Position numbers and translations under genes: made by a program. Source: Perna viridis (Eukaryota). Taken from it: 64,000 nucleotides of DNA. Under the pieces are notes generated by a model, which saw only the letters and a program-made list of their open reading frames with translations, made no database searches and was not told where the DNA came from. Of the stretch, positions 35,401 through 50,400 are shown in pieces (the stretch's first letter is position 1; each line of letters begins with the position of its first letter). The DNA is taken from contig CM074519.1 in NCBI GenBank assembly GCA_037379345.1, positions 41,708,851 to 41,772,850 on the forward strand, written 5' to 3'.

Positions 35401-38400
35401 GGTTATGTAATGAAATGGCTTTAAAGAAAACTGTAAACATGAACATTTTTCTAAGATTATCAGGATTTCCTAGTTCATTCTCCGTAGGTGTAAATTTTGC
35501 AGTATAATCTTTAAAATTAATTAAATCAGGATATTGATGAATGGTTGTTATATATTGGTTAAAGTGCATTAGGCTGTTCAAAGTCAGTATTTTGGTTCAA
35601 AGTTCATTTTTTATAAATACAAAGAAAATAGAAATGATGTGGAGCTGCTGTTTTGTTGTTACAGAAAAAACCTGTCTAAACCAAACTCTGAATAATTAGA
35701 CCTTATTCTAAGATAATCCTTCTTGGTGTACCAGGCACTGAGGATAGCCTATAAATTGATACCTTATTTTAGGTTAACCTTTATTGGTGTACCAGGTACT
35801 AGGGAGAGCCTGTGAACTGATACCATATTCTAAGGTAACCCTATTTAGTGTACCAGGCACCAGGTTGAGCCTACAAACTGAGGCCTTATTTTAATCCTAC
35901 TTGGTCTACCATAATATTTGTATATGGACAGTTACTGTTTTATCATTTTAGGATAGCAAACTAGGTGTACAGGTAACCAGTGATGTCTTCCCTCAGATTG
36001 TTATTTTGGATCAAAATGATGAGATTCCTTTCTTTCGTGGGCGTGATCCAATTACTACATTCATTGAAGCATCAGTCCAGGAAAATCTAGCGGCTGGTGC
36101 TGTTGTCACTACTTTAGCTGCTGCTGATGAAGATATTGATGCACGCTTTAAACAAGTGAGTTCTGAGACTTCTGTAAGGAAAATCTTTTTTTTTTCTATT
36201 CTCAGCCAGTTTATGAATATGCACACGTCTTTCTAATATCAAGGTAGGGCTTTAATTTTTGTATTGCTTTTCCATGATTTGAGTGTTTTTTTGGTATATT
36301 ATTTTTTTTTTCATTTTGAGACACATTTCTTCTACAGTCAAACCTTGGTTAAAAGATAAAACATCTTTTTTGAAAGAAAAAGTAAGGATTTAAAATATCC
36401 ATTGAAAAGCTTCCTTATCAAATATTAATATCTATCTGCAGGAAATAAATGAAAACTGGGCAGTGCTTACTAAAACTATACCCTCACTTCTCCAAAAGTG
36501 ACTGTATACACAGAAATCTTAAATCTTGATATATTCAAAAGTGCTGTGTACTTGTCACCTTTGAAGTGTATATCATCAAACATCTTATCATTCCTTCTTA
36601 TGGGTGTTAAGACATCTGTGATGGAAAATTTCCCAATACCGCACATGAAAAAATTCTAAATCGCTCGAAAAACATGAAGTAAATGACCTAGAAAGCTGGA
36701 AATGGGAAACACTGTTCAAGTCATGATGCTTAAGCCATATTCAGAAAAACTAATCATTCCCTTGAATGGGTGCTGAGAAATCTGCTGTGGAAAATTTCCC
36801 ATGTAAAAGCAGGAAGTAGATGACATAGAAAACTTAAAAAAAAGTACAAGTCATCATGCTTAAGTCATACACCAAAAAAAAACAATCATTCCCTCAAATA
36901 GGTTCTGAGAAATCTATGACACAAATTTCATAATACCTCACATGTAAAAACTGTTAAGTCGCTCGGAAAACAGAAAGTAGATAACCTAGAAAGCAGGAAA
37001 GGGTAGACATGGTACAAGTCACCATGGGTAATTCTTATATCATATATCTAATTATTCCAACTTGTAGAAACCAAGAAATCATTGACAGAAATTTTAGTTA
37101 CAGACAGAATGACGGACAGACACTATCATCACTATATTTCCCATGCTTTTTAAGTAGGGGTATAATGAAGGTGAACCTTTATCTTATCAATCCTTTTCTT
37201 TATTATTGTGAAAGTATTTTAATTCGTGGATACCAATTTTCATGAATTACGGAAGAAACACAAGTTTGTGGATTCTTGAATTTGTGGTTTTGAGGTTTTC
37301 AGTATACACATCAAGGGATTCTCCTTTTCATTGGGAACCAAATTTCGTGGTTTGGCCTATCCATGAAAACCATGAAAATTGGTGCCCCAAAAAAAATAGT
37401 GCTTTCACAGTATTGTCTGAAAGTTCAGTGTTTTACTATATGAAAACCATTTTTTAATTAAAATTTTCAGAAGTTGAATTTACATATATTAAAATTACAT
37501 TGATATCTTCTAAATTCCTCCTCATTACATGATATACATTGTATAAACATGATTTTACTCTTCCACAGTTGAAGTACTCATTAGATGGTGTTAGTGCACA
37601 GAACTTTACAATTAATGAACAAACTGGTGTTATACAAACTGCTTCAGTATTTGACAGAGAGAGTATACCTGGACACTACATTGTCTTAAAGGTCGAAGTA
37701 AATGACGGTTACCCATCGGCACGTCCCGGTTCATCCAATAACCAACCAAACAGCGGTATGTTTTAGGCAGTATGATGGTCCTTCATAGTTTTGATTTTTA
37801 AGCTTATAGAAAACAGTGTGGATTCATGTAGCTATAACGTCACGGACTTTAATTGGGCATATGATTTGTTTTCAAACTAAAGTTTTTGCAGATATTAAAC
37901 TAATCAATACAAGGTTTCACTAAAAATGTGGAATCAGTATTGTTTACCTGCAATCTTGAGACTCCACCTCAAATGTTTTAACTGAACCAATCTGATGTGT
38001 TGCAGTTTAAGTTGAACTCGTTAATGTTGATGATCAACATATTTTTAAAATAAGTCATTCATTTGTTTTTAAATTGTTTTATCAAATTCCCTCAACAATT
38101 AGATATAACAACTTATATGTATACAATTTATTTCAAGGTTTTTTGAGTTAGTATTCTTTCAAGTATGTGTAAAAATTGGTGATTTAATTCTATCTTTATT
38201 CCAGATACTGCACAAGTACGTGTGAAGATTGGTGATGTAAATGACAACAGACCATTTTTTGAGCAACAACTTTACACAGCTAACATTAGAGAAGATGCTT
38301 TTATATCTGATATCATTACCACAGTTGAGGCTAAAGATCTAGATGGTATGAACACTGTGCCAGAAAATGTAAAAACTGATAAATGAAATTGTTTTAATTA

Positions 38401-41400
38401 CTGGTATTGTAATCACATTTTCTGATTTTTAAATAATTTTTAAAATATTTTTTTTGACTTAGTATTGGCTCAGATATAATTTCTGACTATGTATTGGCTA
38501 AAAGTATGATTTCTGATTACATATTGGCTCAGTTATAATTTCTGACTACTTATTGGCTAAAATATTATTTCTGACTACTTATTGGCTTAGATATAATTTC
38601 TGACTACTTATTGGCTAAGATATAATTTCTGACTACATGTTGACTAAGATATAATTTCTGACTACGTATTGGCTTAGATATAATTTCTGACTACTTATTG
38701 GCTAAGATAAAATTTCTGACTACATGTTGGCTAAGATATAATTTCTGCAATGCTTTAATTTAAAGATTTAAAGAGATATATTTGTACACTTACTGTAAAA
38801 GTGTTAACTTTTGCAGTGTATTAATTTTTGCTATTTTCATGGTGGACTGAAAAGCACAAAAAATTGTACCCACAAAATTGATTTTTAACACTGTAGAACA
38901 CTTTTCATTTTTTAAGCAGCAGAAATTGATACCTGTGAAAATGTTCACTTGACAGAAAAATTAGCAACCACAATAATTAATATGTTTACAAAAATCTATA
39001 CATGACTATTTTTACAGAGGCTGTGTTCCAGTATAGTATAGTACAGGGGGCAGGCTCAAATTTCTTTGCCATTAAGACCAGGGAATTGATAGGAGAAATT
39101 GTAGTAGGTGGTAATCTGGATTATGAAACAGGACCAAATGTAAGCGAACTTTGCTTTTTCATTTTTTTTTCTCAATTTAGAAAGGAAAATTGTTTTTCTA
39201 TGTAGCCATATGTATATTTTCTGTATACTTATGAGAAGCCTAGAAATTACTCAGTGTACAAATACTTGGAGAATCAATATGTATAGTATAATATCCCTTA
39301 AAGTTAATTAAGATAATTATAATGTTTATTCAGTATAACTCTATGTTGTCAGGAGAATTTTTCCTTTTCCCACGGTAAATTTTACTTTTAACCAGCTTTT
39401 TAAAAAAAAATGGGAGTAGTAGGAATGTACTACAAAACATGTGCAAAGCATCTGTGATTGATTGACTAATTTATTGATTAATTAATTGATTAATCATCAA
39501 TCACACCACCTAGTCAATGCTTTAATTAATTAATTAGTCTTTTACTAACCTTTACCTTGCTCATTTTACAGAAATACAATCTCACAGTAAAAGTTGATGA
39601 TGGCAAATTTACTGCTGAGACCATAGTAGAAGTATCGATTATTGATGTAAATGATAATCCACCGATATTTAATCCTTCAAGTTACTTAATCACTAATGTA
39701 ACTGAAGAGGTTGATTACTCACTCAGCAATCCCAAATATATATTAACTGTAAGTATACCCTACTCATATCTTATAAAATCAATTATACTGCAATTCTTCT
39801 ATTGAAGTAACCAAAATGTATTGGCAGTATATTTATTGATGATATATGGTCACTGACAGTATATAACTACTTTCCTACCCTTGCATGAACTACCTGTTTA
39901 TTGTAGTTTCACCATCAGGGGCTACTAGTGGGGAAGAAATGTGTAGTTTCACCATTGTGGTCTACTAGTGGGGATGAAATGTATAGTTTCATCATGGGGG
40001 TCCACAAGTGGGGAAGAAATATGTAGTTCAACATCAGGGGCCACTAGTGGGAAGAAATGTGTAGTTTCACCATCGTGGTCCACTAGTGGGGAAGAAATGT
40101 GTAGTTTCACTGTCGGGGTCTACTAGTGGGGAAGAAATGTATGTGGTTATAAACATGTCGTATACAAATTAAACTTAATTTGATAAATGATTAAAGTATA
40201 AAGACAATAACAGTATTTCGACTAGAATGAAAAAAAATGATAATTGAATTTGGTACAAAAAAGAAATGCTCAGCATAGCCATTTGTTTTATTCTGATTCT
40301 AAACCTCATCTCTATATATTGTTTTCAAGTCAATACACTGTTATTGTCTATGTCTACACAAACTGCCAGGAACATGTAATTAATTTCTGTTTGATGCTCA
40401 TTATGATGTCATTATTACTTTAGTTATTCAATGATTCTAACATGTATATTTCCATACATGTAGTCATCTGATTACCATATGATAATCAAATCATAGGAGC
40501 AATATGTCATAATCATTTGTTGCACTTTGAGCTGTATGAATATTTTATGAGCAAGAAAAGTTTGACAAAATAGTCGTTTTGTTACTTTTCAATTTCTTAG
40601 GTTGGTTATCCACCAAGTAAAGTAGTTTCTTAGCAGTTGTGTTATTAAAATGGCAGTATTTTTTTCAGGATTAATCAATCATGCCATTTATAAGTTTTTT
40701 TTAATATGAACTATCAGAATTAACATGTTTCATGATGTTATCTGTGAACACCGTTTACTGTATATATTTTTGTACATGCAAATTTGAATGATTTCAGGCA
40801 AATGCCACTGATCCTGACACATTTAGGCAGAAAGGTATGGAATATAAAATTGCCAATGACGATCCTAAAATATCTCAACTCTTCACGATCGATTCTACCA
40901 CTGGTGTTCTTAATCTTGTTGGGAAGCTGGATCGTGACAAGCCAGATGGACGTGCCGTTTACCAGTTTAATTTATTGGCCATTGATGAACCAGGTGAAAC
41001 AACAAGATTGACAGGTTATGCCACAGTTCAGATTAAACCTATAGATATAAATGACAATGCTCCTGTGTTTACACCATTAAATCCAACAGGTTCAGTAAAG
41101 GAAAATTCACCTGTGGGTAAGTAACCTGAATTATACTTTGCTTTGAATATATATATATATGGCCAGCCCATGGTAAAATTACTATAAAGTGGAGTTTCTG
41201 TGATTTATATTTCTCCTTTTTTATTTATACACAGCCTATGTGTTCCACGAAATTGTGACTGCTTTTGAGTGAAATTCTGTTGAGAAGTCTGTAAAATGAT
41301 ATAAAATTAATCTGTGACATTGCAAAACAGACTGTCAAATGTCCATGACATTGGTCAAATGGCAGGTCCAGGTGTTAAAAGAATAGGCCTGCAGCAGCAC

Positions 41401-44400
41401 TAAGCTTGTCGTAAAAGGCGACTAAATAGAGCAACTGGGATGTGTGCCCCAGGTGGTGGAATGGGGTACCCCTGGCATGTTACATGCTGGGGTTGTCAGG
41501 CTATAATACGGAAACCTGACCACAAACCATAGTGGTGCACCGTGTTGGGAAAGATGCCACGTTCCTCGCACATTAAAGAACCATACTGTGGTATTCTCCT
41601 GAAGTAGGAACCATAGGGCTCCGCCACAGGAGGCTAAATTGCCCAACCCTACCCACCTCTCCCTATTTCCAGTGGCAATCAAAATTTGTCGACCCCATTG
41701 TCCTTGTGTTCCATCCCTTTTTCATTTCATCATCATTTCATGTTCATTTTATCATCAATTTCATGTTCATCATCTGAATATAGCTGAAATATTGCTGCTC
41801 GGACGTTAAACCCCAACAAACAAACAAAACAAAATTGGTCAAATGTTTATCACTTTTTGAACAGAGCTTTGGTTTTATGAGCTTTGAAACATGTCATATT
41901 AAAATGTTAATTTAATGCTTTCTAAATCAGCTTCAGCTTTTAAAATTTCCTGGTTTTAAGACAATTAATTATTTTTGTTGACATGTACAATTCTTTTTTT
42001 TCCTTAATAATATGATATGTTTGATAGTATGATTATATAAGCCTACATTTGATCACAGAGATCCTTATAATTTTGTCATGACCTTTTATTGCTACTGATT
42101 TAAAATGTTGGTAATTAGATACTCAAGTACATTTAGATTAGATCTTGATGATTTGTCAGTAGCTTACAGTATCATGGAATAAATAGTTTTAACATAAAAC
42201 TAATGAAAGACAATGAAGGTTATTCTATGTTTTTAAATTTGAATGTTTTAGGTCAATCTGTAATGAGAGTTCAAGCTGAAGACTATGATGAAGGAGTTAA
42301 TGCTCAGTTTTCCTTCCAAATGATTGGACAAGGTAATCCTAGTACAGCCTTCAGAATAGAACCTGATTCAGGTATTGTCCATACCACTATTGGTACTTTG
42401 GATCGAGAGATGTATAGCCAGTATACTTTTGTTGTCATGGCGACCGATAAGGGAACACCTCAGGCTCAAAGCAGTACAGCGACTGTCACCATTAATCTGA
42501 TTGACATCAATGACAACCCACCTGTATTCAACCAGACTGTTTATAAAGAAACTATACCAGAGACACATAGTGGACAGATTTTAAAGATCAAAGCATATGA
42601 TCCGGATGTTGATGAAACTCTAAGATATTCTCTCAATAAAGAAGCTTATGCACATTTCACAATTGACACTCAGGGGAGAGAAGGCATTATTGGTGTTTAC
42701 AATGGTAGTGTAAGTTGTCTTATAGTGCTATTCATTATGTTTATAAAAAAACAAAGAGGAGTAGGAGGGTCAACTTTCGTGTCTAGCAGAAAAAAACTGT
42801 AGTCCTCCATAAAGAATAACAATGAAAAAATAGATAGGAAATAGAAATATGAAATCAATAAATCATTTTACAATATAAATAGATATCAACAAACCATCCT
42901 AACAGATATTCACCATTTGTATCAATGTGAAGGAGTTATTTTTTTTGCAGGGTACCAACTTCCATGGGTTAGGCAAATACATGTCTATTTATAGAAGTGT
43001 TTGGTCTATTTACTATGGATTTTGTCTATTTTAAGACTTGCTTCTACTTTTAGAACCCTGACTTCGAAGCGGGAGAAACATTTTTTAATTTAACTGCTAC
43101 GGTAGTGGATAGAGACAACAAGTTTTCAGCATCAACAAACATTCAGATAACAATCACTGATGTCAATGATGAAAAACCAATATTTAAGGAGGAAAACAAA
43201 GAGAAAAGTTTATTAGAGGGACCACAGAATCCAGTGGGGACAGTCATAGCCAACTTCACAGCCACAGATAGAGACAATGGCATTAATGGCCAGATCAAGT
43301 ATGTAATTGTTTATTATTAATTGTTTATTTACAATTGTATTTATTGTACCATTTATTTTGGGGTTTTCTCTGAATGGATGTTGACAGACTAGTTCATTTA
43401 GCTTAGGTGTTACAAGTTTAGTTTGCTTTATTTTTTTGCAAGAATGTTACTCTGAAACTTTACAAAATTTGAGGACTTGCTTTTGAATTCTTTTTGAACA
43501 TGTTGAAATGTTATGTGCCATATTATTTATAGTGATTATGTAATTTTGTAATACTGTGAAAGTTCTATTGTTGGTGGGGAACTAATTTTCGTGGTTTTTT
43601 TGGGTAGTTCAAACAACAAAACTTGGTTCTCAATGAAAAGAAAATTCCTATTGATGTGAATACTGAAAACCTCAAAGGGCATGAATTCAAGAATCCACAA
43701 AATTTGAGTTTCTTCCCTAATCCATGAAAATTGGTATCCATAAATTTCTTTCACAGTAGTTACTGTTTTAACTAAAAATAAACCTTATCATATTTCAGGT
43801 ATTCAATAGCTCAAGCACCTCTTGATCAAGAACCAAGAAAGTACTTCAGACTCCAAAACTACCCAAGTGATGCAGATCAGCAGTACACTACTGTCATTCT
43901 ACAGAGAGAGTTAGATAGAGAGACAATTGCCAAGCATACAGTTAAAATTCTTGCTATGGATTCTGGTATGTAATGACTGATTCTATTCAGTATTTCTGAT
44001 AGAACTCCACAAACTAGTTTTTCAAAGAAATTTAAAAAGTTTTTAAATTTTTTTTGGTCACATTCATTAAAAACCTCTAGACTGCATTTGATTTTTTTTT
44101 TCACATTTTGGTTTGGGTCTTCTCTCTTCCAAACAATGGCTATTCCACTTTTTTCTCTACAGGTATGTGAAAAAAATTGTAAAATTTCATACACGAACCT
44201 ATTCAAAATTCAAGTTCATCAATTATTTGTGTTCAAGTTTAAGAACTAGTGAAATGTTCATTTTCCTTAATAAAATAATTACTATCCCTTAATTCCATTC
44301 CCAAACCATGAATATGACTATTCACTGTATTCTGTCAATATTGGCCCAAAACTGTCTTTAGCAGATAAATATTAATTCGAAGAAAAACTTATATGGACTG

Positions 44401-47400
44401 TACTAGACTTATTCAGTGGAGTAATCTTTCTAACAAGCGGTCCCTTGTCAATAAAAATCACCCAAGATTTACTAGAAATGTAAATCTGTAAGTAACCTAT
44501 ATGATTTTGATCTTGGGTGATGTTCAGTGAGTCATGAAGAATGTTGCTCAGTAATAAATCTGTCTATAATTTTGATTTTAGGTTATCCCCAGCAAACAGG
44601 AACAGCAACTCTAACAGTAAATGTCCTTGATATAAATGATAATTACCCAAGGATAAAAGGTAAACCATATGCTACAGTAAAGGAGGGTGAAGCAGCCCAA
44701 ACACTGGTGACAACTGTTGAAGGTGACGACCCTGATTCAGCAGAATATGGACCACCTTTTGGATTCTCTGAGGTTCCCTGCAATCCAACAGACCCCAATG
44801 CTGCCCAGTGTAAATTTAGTTTGACCTTTGATCGTAGTAAGTGTGTCTTATTGTTAACTTCTTTAATCTGGCTTTATATACCTGACCGTTTGTAAGTTTT
44901 ATGTGATGGGCTCAGTTTTTTTATTAATGGGCATTTGTACATCAATTTGTCCATTGTTCTCCTGTTGGTTTCCTCAGGATAACTTAAGAAGTGATCAGAT
45001 CACTCACTTGAAGAATTTGTTATAAAGACTATTCCAGAAAAAATGTCCTGAGGGTTTGGAACACTAAAGCATAACAGGGGTATCACCAATAGTATTTAAT
45101 TATATTGTAATATTTAGACAATGCTGTTATCAAAGAATGAACCTTAAATGCCTCGATAATAAAAATCCAGTTGAGTTTCAACCCCCTGCCCATTCTAAGC
45201 TGGAAAAGCCCTAAGATGATTGTGTCCTGTCTACAGTCTGATAAAGGCTTGTCATCTGCATAGTACATCCATTTTTTTCCTATATCCTTAAACTTTGTTG
45301 ATAGGTATATAAAGGTTGATGGGATTGATTTTCACTTAACTCAGTAAAGGGTGACCACTGTTTTGGGAGAGGGACTGAACTTTTCTAAAGAGTGTGAATG
45401 GGGGTGCATGGGGTATTGTGAGCATGCATACTAAGGTTCTTTGTCATTGTGTTAATGTTATGTATATTTTTAGATGGGGATGGTGGAAATGGTGTCGCAC
45501 AAATTAGGACAAAGCAGGTGTTTGACAGGGAGCAACAAAAATTCTACTACTTACCAATTAAAATGTGGGACAAGCGGGGAGTGACTGGGGCCTTGTCAAT
45601 GACTGGTACCAACACATTGACAATAGAGATTGGAGACATCAATGATAACCCACATGGTCCTGGTACACAGAATATACATGTATATAATTATAAAGGTAAG
45701 AAAGCTGTTCCTCTATTTCATCTGGTCCTTTCTAGAACAAGTAATCAGTGTTGTTCAGGGGATATAACTTCCCTTTTTGAAGCAAAATAGAAATGAAATT
45801 GGACATGTTAAAAACAAGCATAGAATTGTTTAAACACTTATTATTAATATCTTGGGAAAATGTGTCGTCAAAAACACCCCCTCCTAACTCCCTAGAAAAT
45901 TTCTGGCTATAGGTTTGTTGATTGACTCATATTGAGTATTTACAAAGATGTTTGATATTTTTGATATGTTTTTAATGCTCAAAAACTGGATAGAAGAAGT
46001 AATCAAAGTTGCTATACGTCAAACATTCTTTGTCATTGATTTTGGCTTGCTTTTAGCATCCAAAATAGCATGAATACGATATGCTCCCAAATCAGGTGGC
46101 TCCCATTAGAATCTTGGTTCCTTTGATTTGATTACACTTTCATAACCCTGATGACCCATTAATGTTTCTCAATCAGAACAACCGGTTACCATGAAGTGAG
46201 GGTAATGTTTTTGTTCCACAAGTTTCTCTAAAATTTTAAGCAATCTTTGGATTGCTTATGATATTGACCAGGAAACCAGATTAGGAACCAGATTAAAAAA
46301 TATATGGGGGCCCTGATAATGTTTATGATCTGTATAGTCAATTGTAATGAGCCCCTGTTTCTGAATCAGAGACTGAGTAATATTGTAAGTGAACATATAC
46401 TTTAATTCATAATATAATTATTTTTAGGGATGTTCAAGAACATACCAATAGGCTTTGTGAACTATGAAGACCTGGATGATCATGACATTGATGACAAGAC
46501 TTTTACATTCAGAGGACCGACTGAAATGGCCAAGTTCTTCAGGTATAACACTTTTGAAAGAAAAATTGAGTTCATTTATCTAACTTGGTACATTTTTAGA
46601 TAATTTCCTAGGGAAATTAAAATATATATATATTTTTTATCTTGATAAGAGTGGTATTGGAAAAAATCAACATCAGTTGATTTTTTTTTTTAATTTTGTC
46701 CTTTTATTCGTGGGTTTTATCAAAATATTTTGTAAAACTAAAACACAATAACTATATCCTTATAAAGGCAATGATATCCTATGGTATTTTCAGTGTGAAT
46801 GCAGCAGATGGTATGGTAACCTTATTGCACAATGTGCCTACAGGAACATGGAGGTTTAAAGTAGATGTATATGACCGAAAGTTTGCCACAACAGCAGCAT
46901 CAGATGTTGTTGTGAAGATTGAGGAGATGCCAGAGGAAGCACCGTACAAGTCTGGATCCATAAGGCTTTCTGGTCAGTACTGTCATTTCCTAGTCTAATC
47001 AATAAGCCTTTTTGTATGTATGATTTTTATTTGAAAATGTTTAGTACCAGTAAATTATGAAGTAATGAAATCAGTCTTTGAAAATTAAATAAAAATCAAT
47101 AGCTTACTTTTTATTTATTATTGGTACAGGAACAACCCCACAAAATTTTATTACCCCTGACAGCTCTGGTCAATCACCATACAGTAAATTTCGTTCCCGT
47201 CTGGCATCAAGTCTTGGTACAGCTGTTGAAAATGTAGAGATGATAAGTGTACTACAGAATGGAGATTATACTGATGTGAGATTCTCTGCTCACGGTTCTC
47301 CTTACTACTCGCCAACCAAAATGAATTCTGCTGTTCTGAGGAACGAGGCTGGTGTAAGTAATTTACTCAGTAAATTGCTTTAGAAGACAAGACTAGACAA

Positions 47401-50400
47401 GACTGATTCTTTATTTAACCTCTGACACATTTGTGTACATGAGGACAAAACATAAACAAACATACATTCACACATGTATAGTACAACAAGATATTAATGT
47501 CACTTAGTCTTATAAAAAAGTAAGCATATAGGTTCAGTGTAAATTTTTAAAAAGAAGTTGTAATATATTTCTAACAAAGATGGCTAAGTTTCTATACATT
47601 TGCCAATTACAGAATGACAACATCCCCTTTAGTTTGTATTCACATGGGGTCTGAATGTTGTATTGTGGTATATAAGGTACACACAGATTTTTAACATTAT
47701 ATAAAAGGGTACTGAAATTCATTTCAAAACCATCCTTTTTTATAAATAGTTAAGGGTAATGAAAGAAAATGATGCTTTGAGAGTATTTTTTCAGGACACA
47801 CTAGAAGTTTTTGACTGATAATTTCATTTTAATATACTACATGTTATTTTAGTTTCAACAAGATGCTGGTGGTAAGATAGAAATGGTAAACATTGATGAA
47901 TGTCTGAAGGAGAGCTGTGAATCTGGTTGTTACAACTATCTGAATGTTACTGGTAAAGCCAACTTGGTGAGCATCCGAGGAAACTCAGTTGTTGGTGTTG
48001 AAACATTCGTCACTGGTAAATGTGGATGTCATGAACCAGTCAGCCAAACAGACTGTGATCCTACTTACTGCTTTAATGGTGGAACATGTAAAAAAGATTA
48101 TTGGAATGTTCTAAGGTATTTATTGCCCCTCTTTTAGATTACTGGAAGGTTCTAAGGTAGTTATCTCCCATTACTGGAATGTTCTAAGGTATTTATTGCC
48201 CCTCTTTTAGATTACTGGAATGTTCTGGGGTAGTTATCTCCCATTACTGGAATGTTCTAAGGTAGTTATCTCCCATTACTGGAATGTTCTGAGGTATTTG
48301 TCTCTCCTTTGACCTCTTTGAGGATTTTCTATTTTTATAGGTGTTAAACAATGGTGCATTTGTTGTGTTCCTTTTTCTGTTTTCTGAGATAGTTATCTCC
48401 CTTTCTTTAGATTAATGTAGTGATCTTCCTTGTTTTTTATTACTGGAATGTATGAAGGTAGTTATCCCCCTTTTTCAGTTAACTTTGTAATCCTTCCCTA
48501 CATTTTACTGGATTTTTTTAGGTATAGTTTATCTCCTTAACCTTTACTGGTAATTATTTAGATTACTGTAATGTCCTTGAGATAGCCATTTCATTATATT
48601 TATCTTTTCTATTTATACATGTTTTTTCTAACTCTAATTGCTTACCCTAATTAGTTGTACATTGGAAAATTCAAAGGGTTAGGACAGGTGATGGAATAAC
48701 ATGTAGCACTGTTAATTCTCATGGTTTGAATCCAACATTTATTTATAGATATACGTGTAATGATCTGATTAACAATCTTTATTTTTCAGTTGTGAATGTT
48801 CAGCAGGATTTGATGGACCACGTTGTCAATCAACACGCCATGGATTTGATGGCACAGGATATGCCCTCTACAAACCCTTGGAGCAGTGTGAAAATTCTGT
48901 CACTAGTATTGAATTCATTACAACAAAGCAAAATGGCTTGATCATGTATAATGGTCCAACAATGGATAATTCTGAGCCTCAGGATTATTTCTCCCTGACA
49001 CTCGTCAATGGATATCCGGAACTGAAGATAGACCATGGATCTGGTGTAGAGACTCTGTATATCAACTCTCCAAGACTAAACGGAGGATCTAAACTGAGTG
49101 ATGGCAAGTGGCATCATATCAATATCATCAGAAAGAGCAAGGTAGGATTCTTGTTAAAATAGTCATTAACTATATAGACTCATTGTAGAATGTTCAGAGA
49201 ACCAAGTTGTCTGTCTGTCTGACTGTCTATCTGTCTGTCTGTCTGTAACATGATTCATGTTGTGATGAATATCAGTGAGTCTTTATAATATAAAAAAGCA
49301 AGGTTTTGTATGTTATTTTTCCTATTCAGTAAACACCCTTAATAACTAATAGAAGAAGAAAAATGTATCAGAAAACTATAAGTCTGATTATCCGTGTTAG
49401 CTACAAAAAAAAAACCTAAAGCAGATTTTACTCATTTATGAAAAAAAAATCTCATCACCCATTGTTACTTGGCTTATCTGAGTCATATCTGTCATCTTAT
49501 TTTTTGATGTATAATTAATAATTTTCTATATAAACATGTATTTACATGTAGCTTTGTTATTACAGCGTGTAACGATGACTGTAGACTACTGTAAGGACAT
49601 CCAACCTACCACTGACAGTATTGTAGAAGATAGATCCCCATGTGAAATGACCAAATCAACGCCAGGAGAAAACAAATTCCTTAATATCAACGGACCATTA
49701 CAATTAGGTGGTCGTTACACCACTCCTAATCTGCCAGCAGGAATTACAACTAACAAGTTTGATGGCTGTGTGCGGAATCTCAAGCATAATAAAGAGGTGA
49801 AATAACATCACAATAATCTGTCAGATTATCGTTATTGTAGAACTTTGATAAATTTAAAAGATATTGTATTTTCAAACTTTGTATAGTTATTGTGTGTCAT
49901 AACATACCGATTAAGTTCCAATTTCAGTTTAATATGCACAAAAACTTTTACCATTTTTACCCCTCAAAATTTTTGGCATGTTTGAAACATTGTAGGGTAT
50001 CATTTAATGTTCTATTAGATGCTGTATTTTTTTATTGAGAAGTTATTCGTGTTTGTATATAGATTTTCTTCAAAATGCTTCATTTGCACATGTTACACCT
50101 TACAGAATCTGCCAGCTAGCATAGACAGTCTTACATAAGTGACTGTAAAGTCAGTAATGTCTAAGTGATATAATAAAATAAGACATGTAACTGAATTCTG
50201 ACAACTATGGATCATACTGATGTATTAAAGTAGCAAACTTAATACAAAGCAGTCATTGGTTATGTCTGCTCTTGATAGTATGTATTCCACAAAAAAATGT
50301 CAAAAAGAGACTTAGAAGCCTGACTAGTTGATATAAGTTTTTAAAATGGATAATTGTCAAATTGAATGTTAGTAACATAAATACCTGTTTCATTGTAGCT

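Noticed and set aside
9755-40142. CRISPR-like appearance of the regular 20-68-bp repeats
   Set aside because: Units are contiguous with no unique spacers, there are no cas genes, and the context is eukaryotic.
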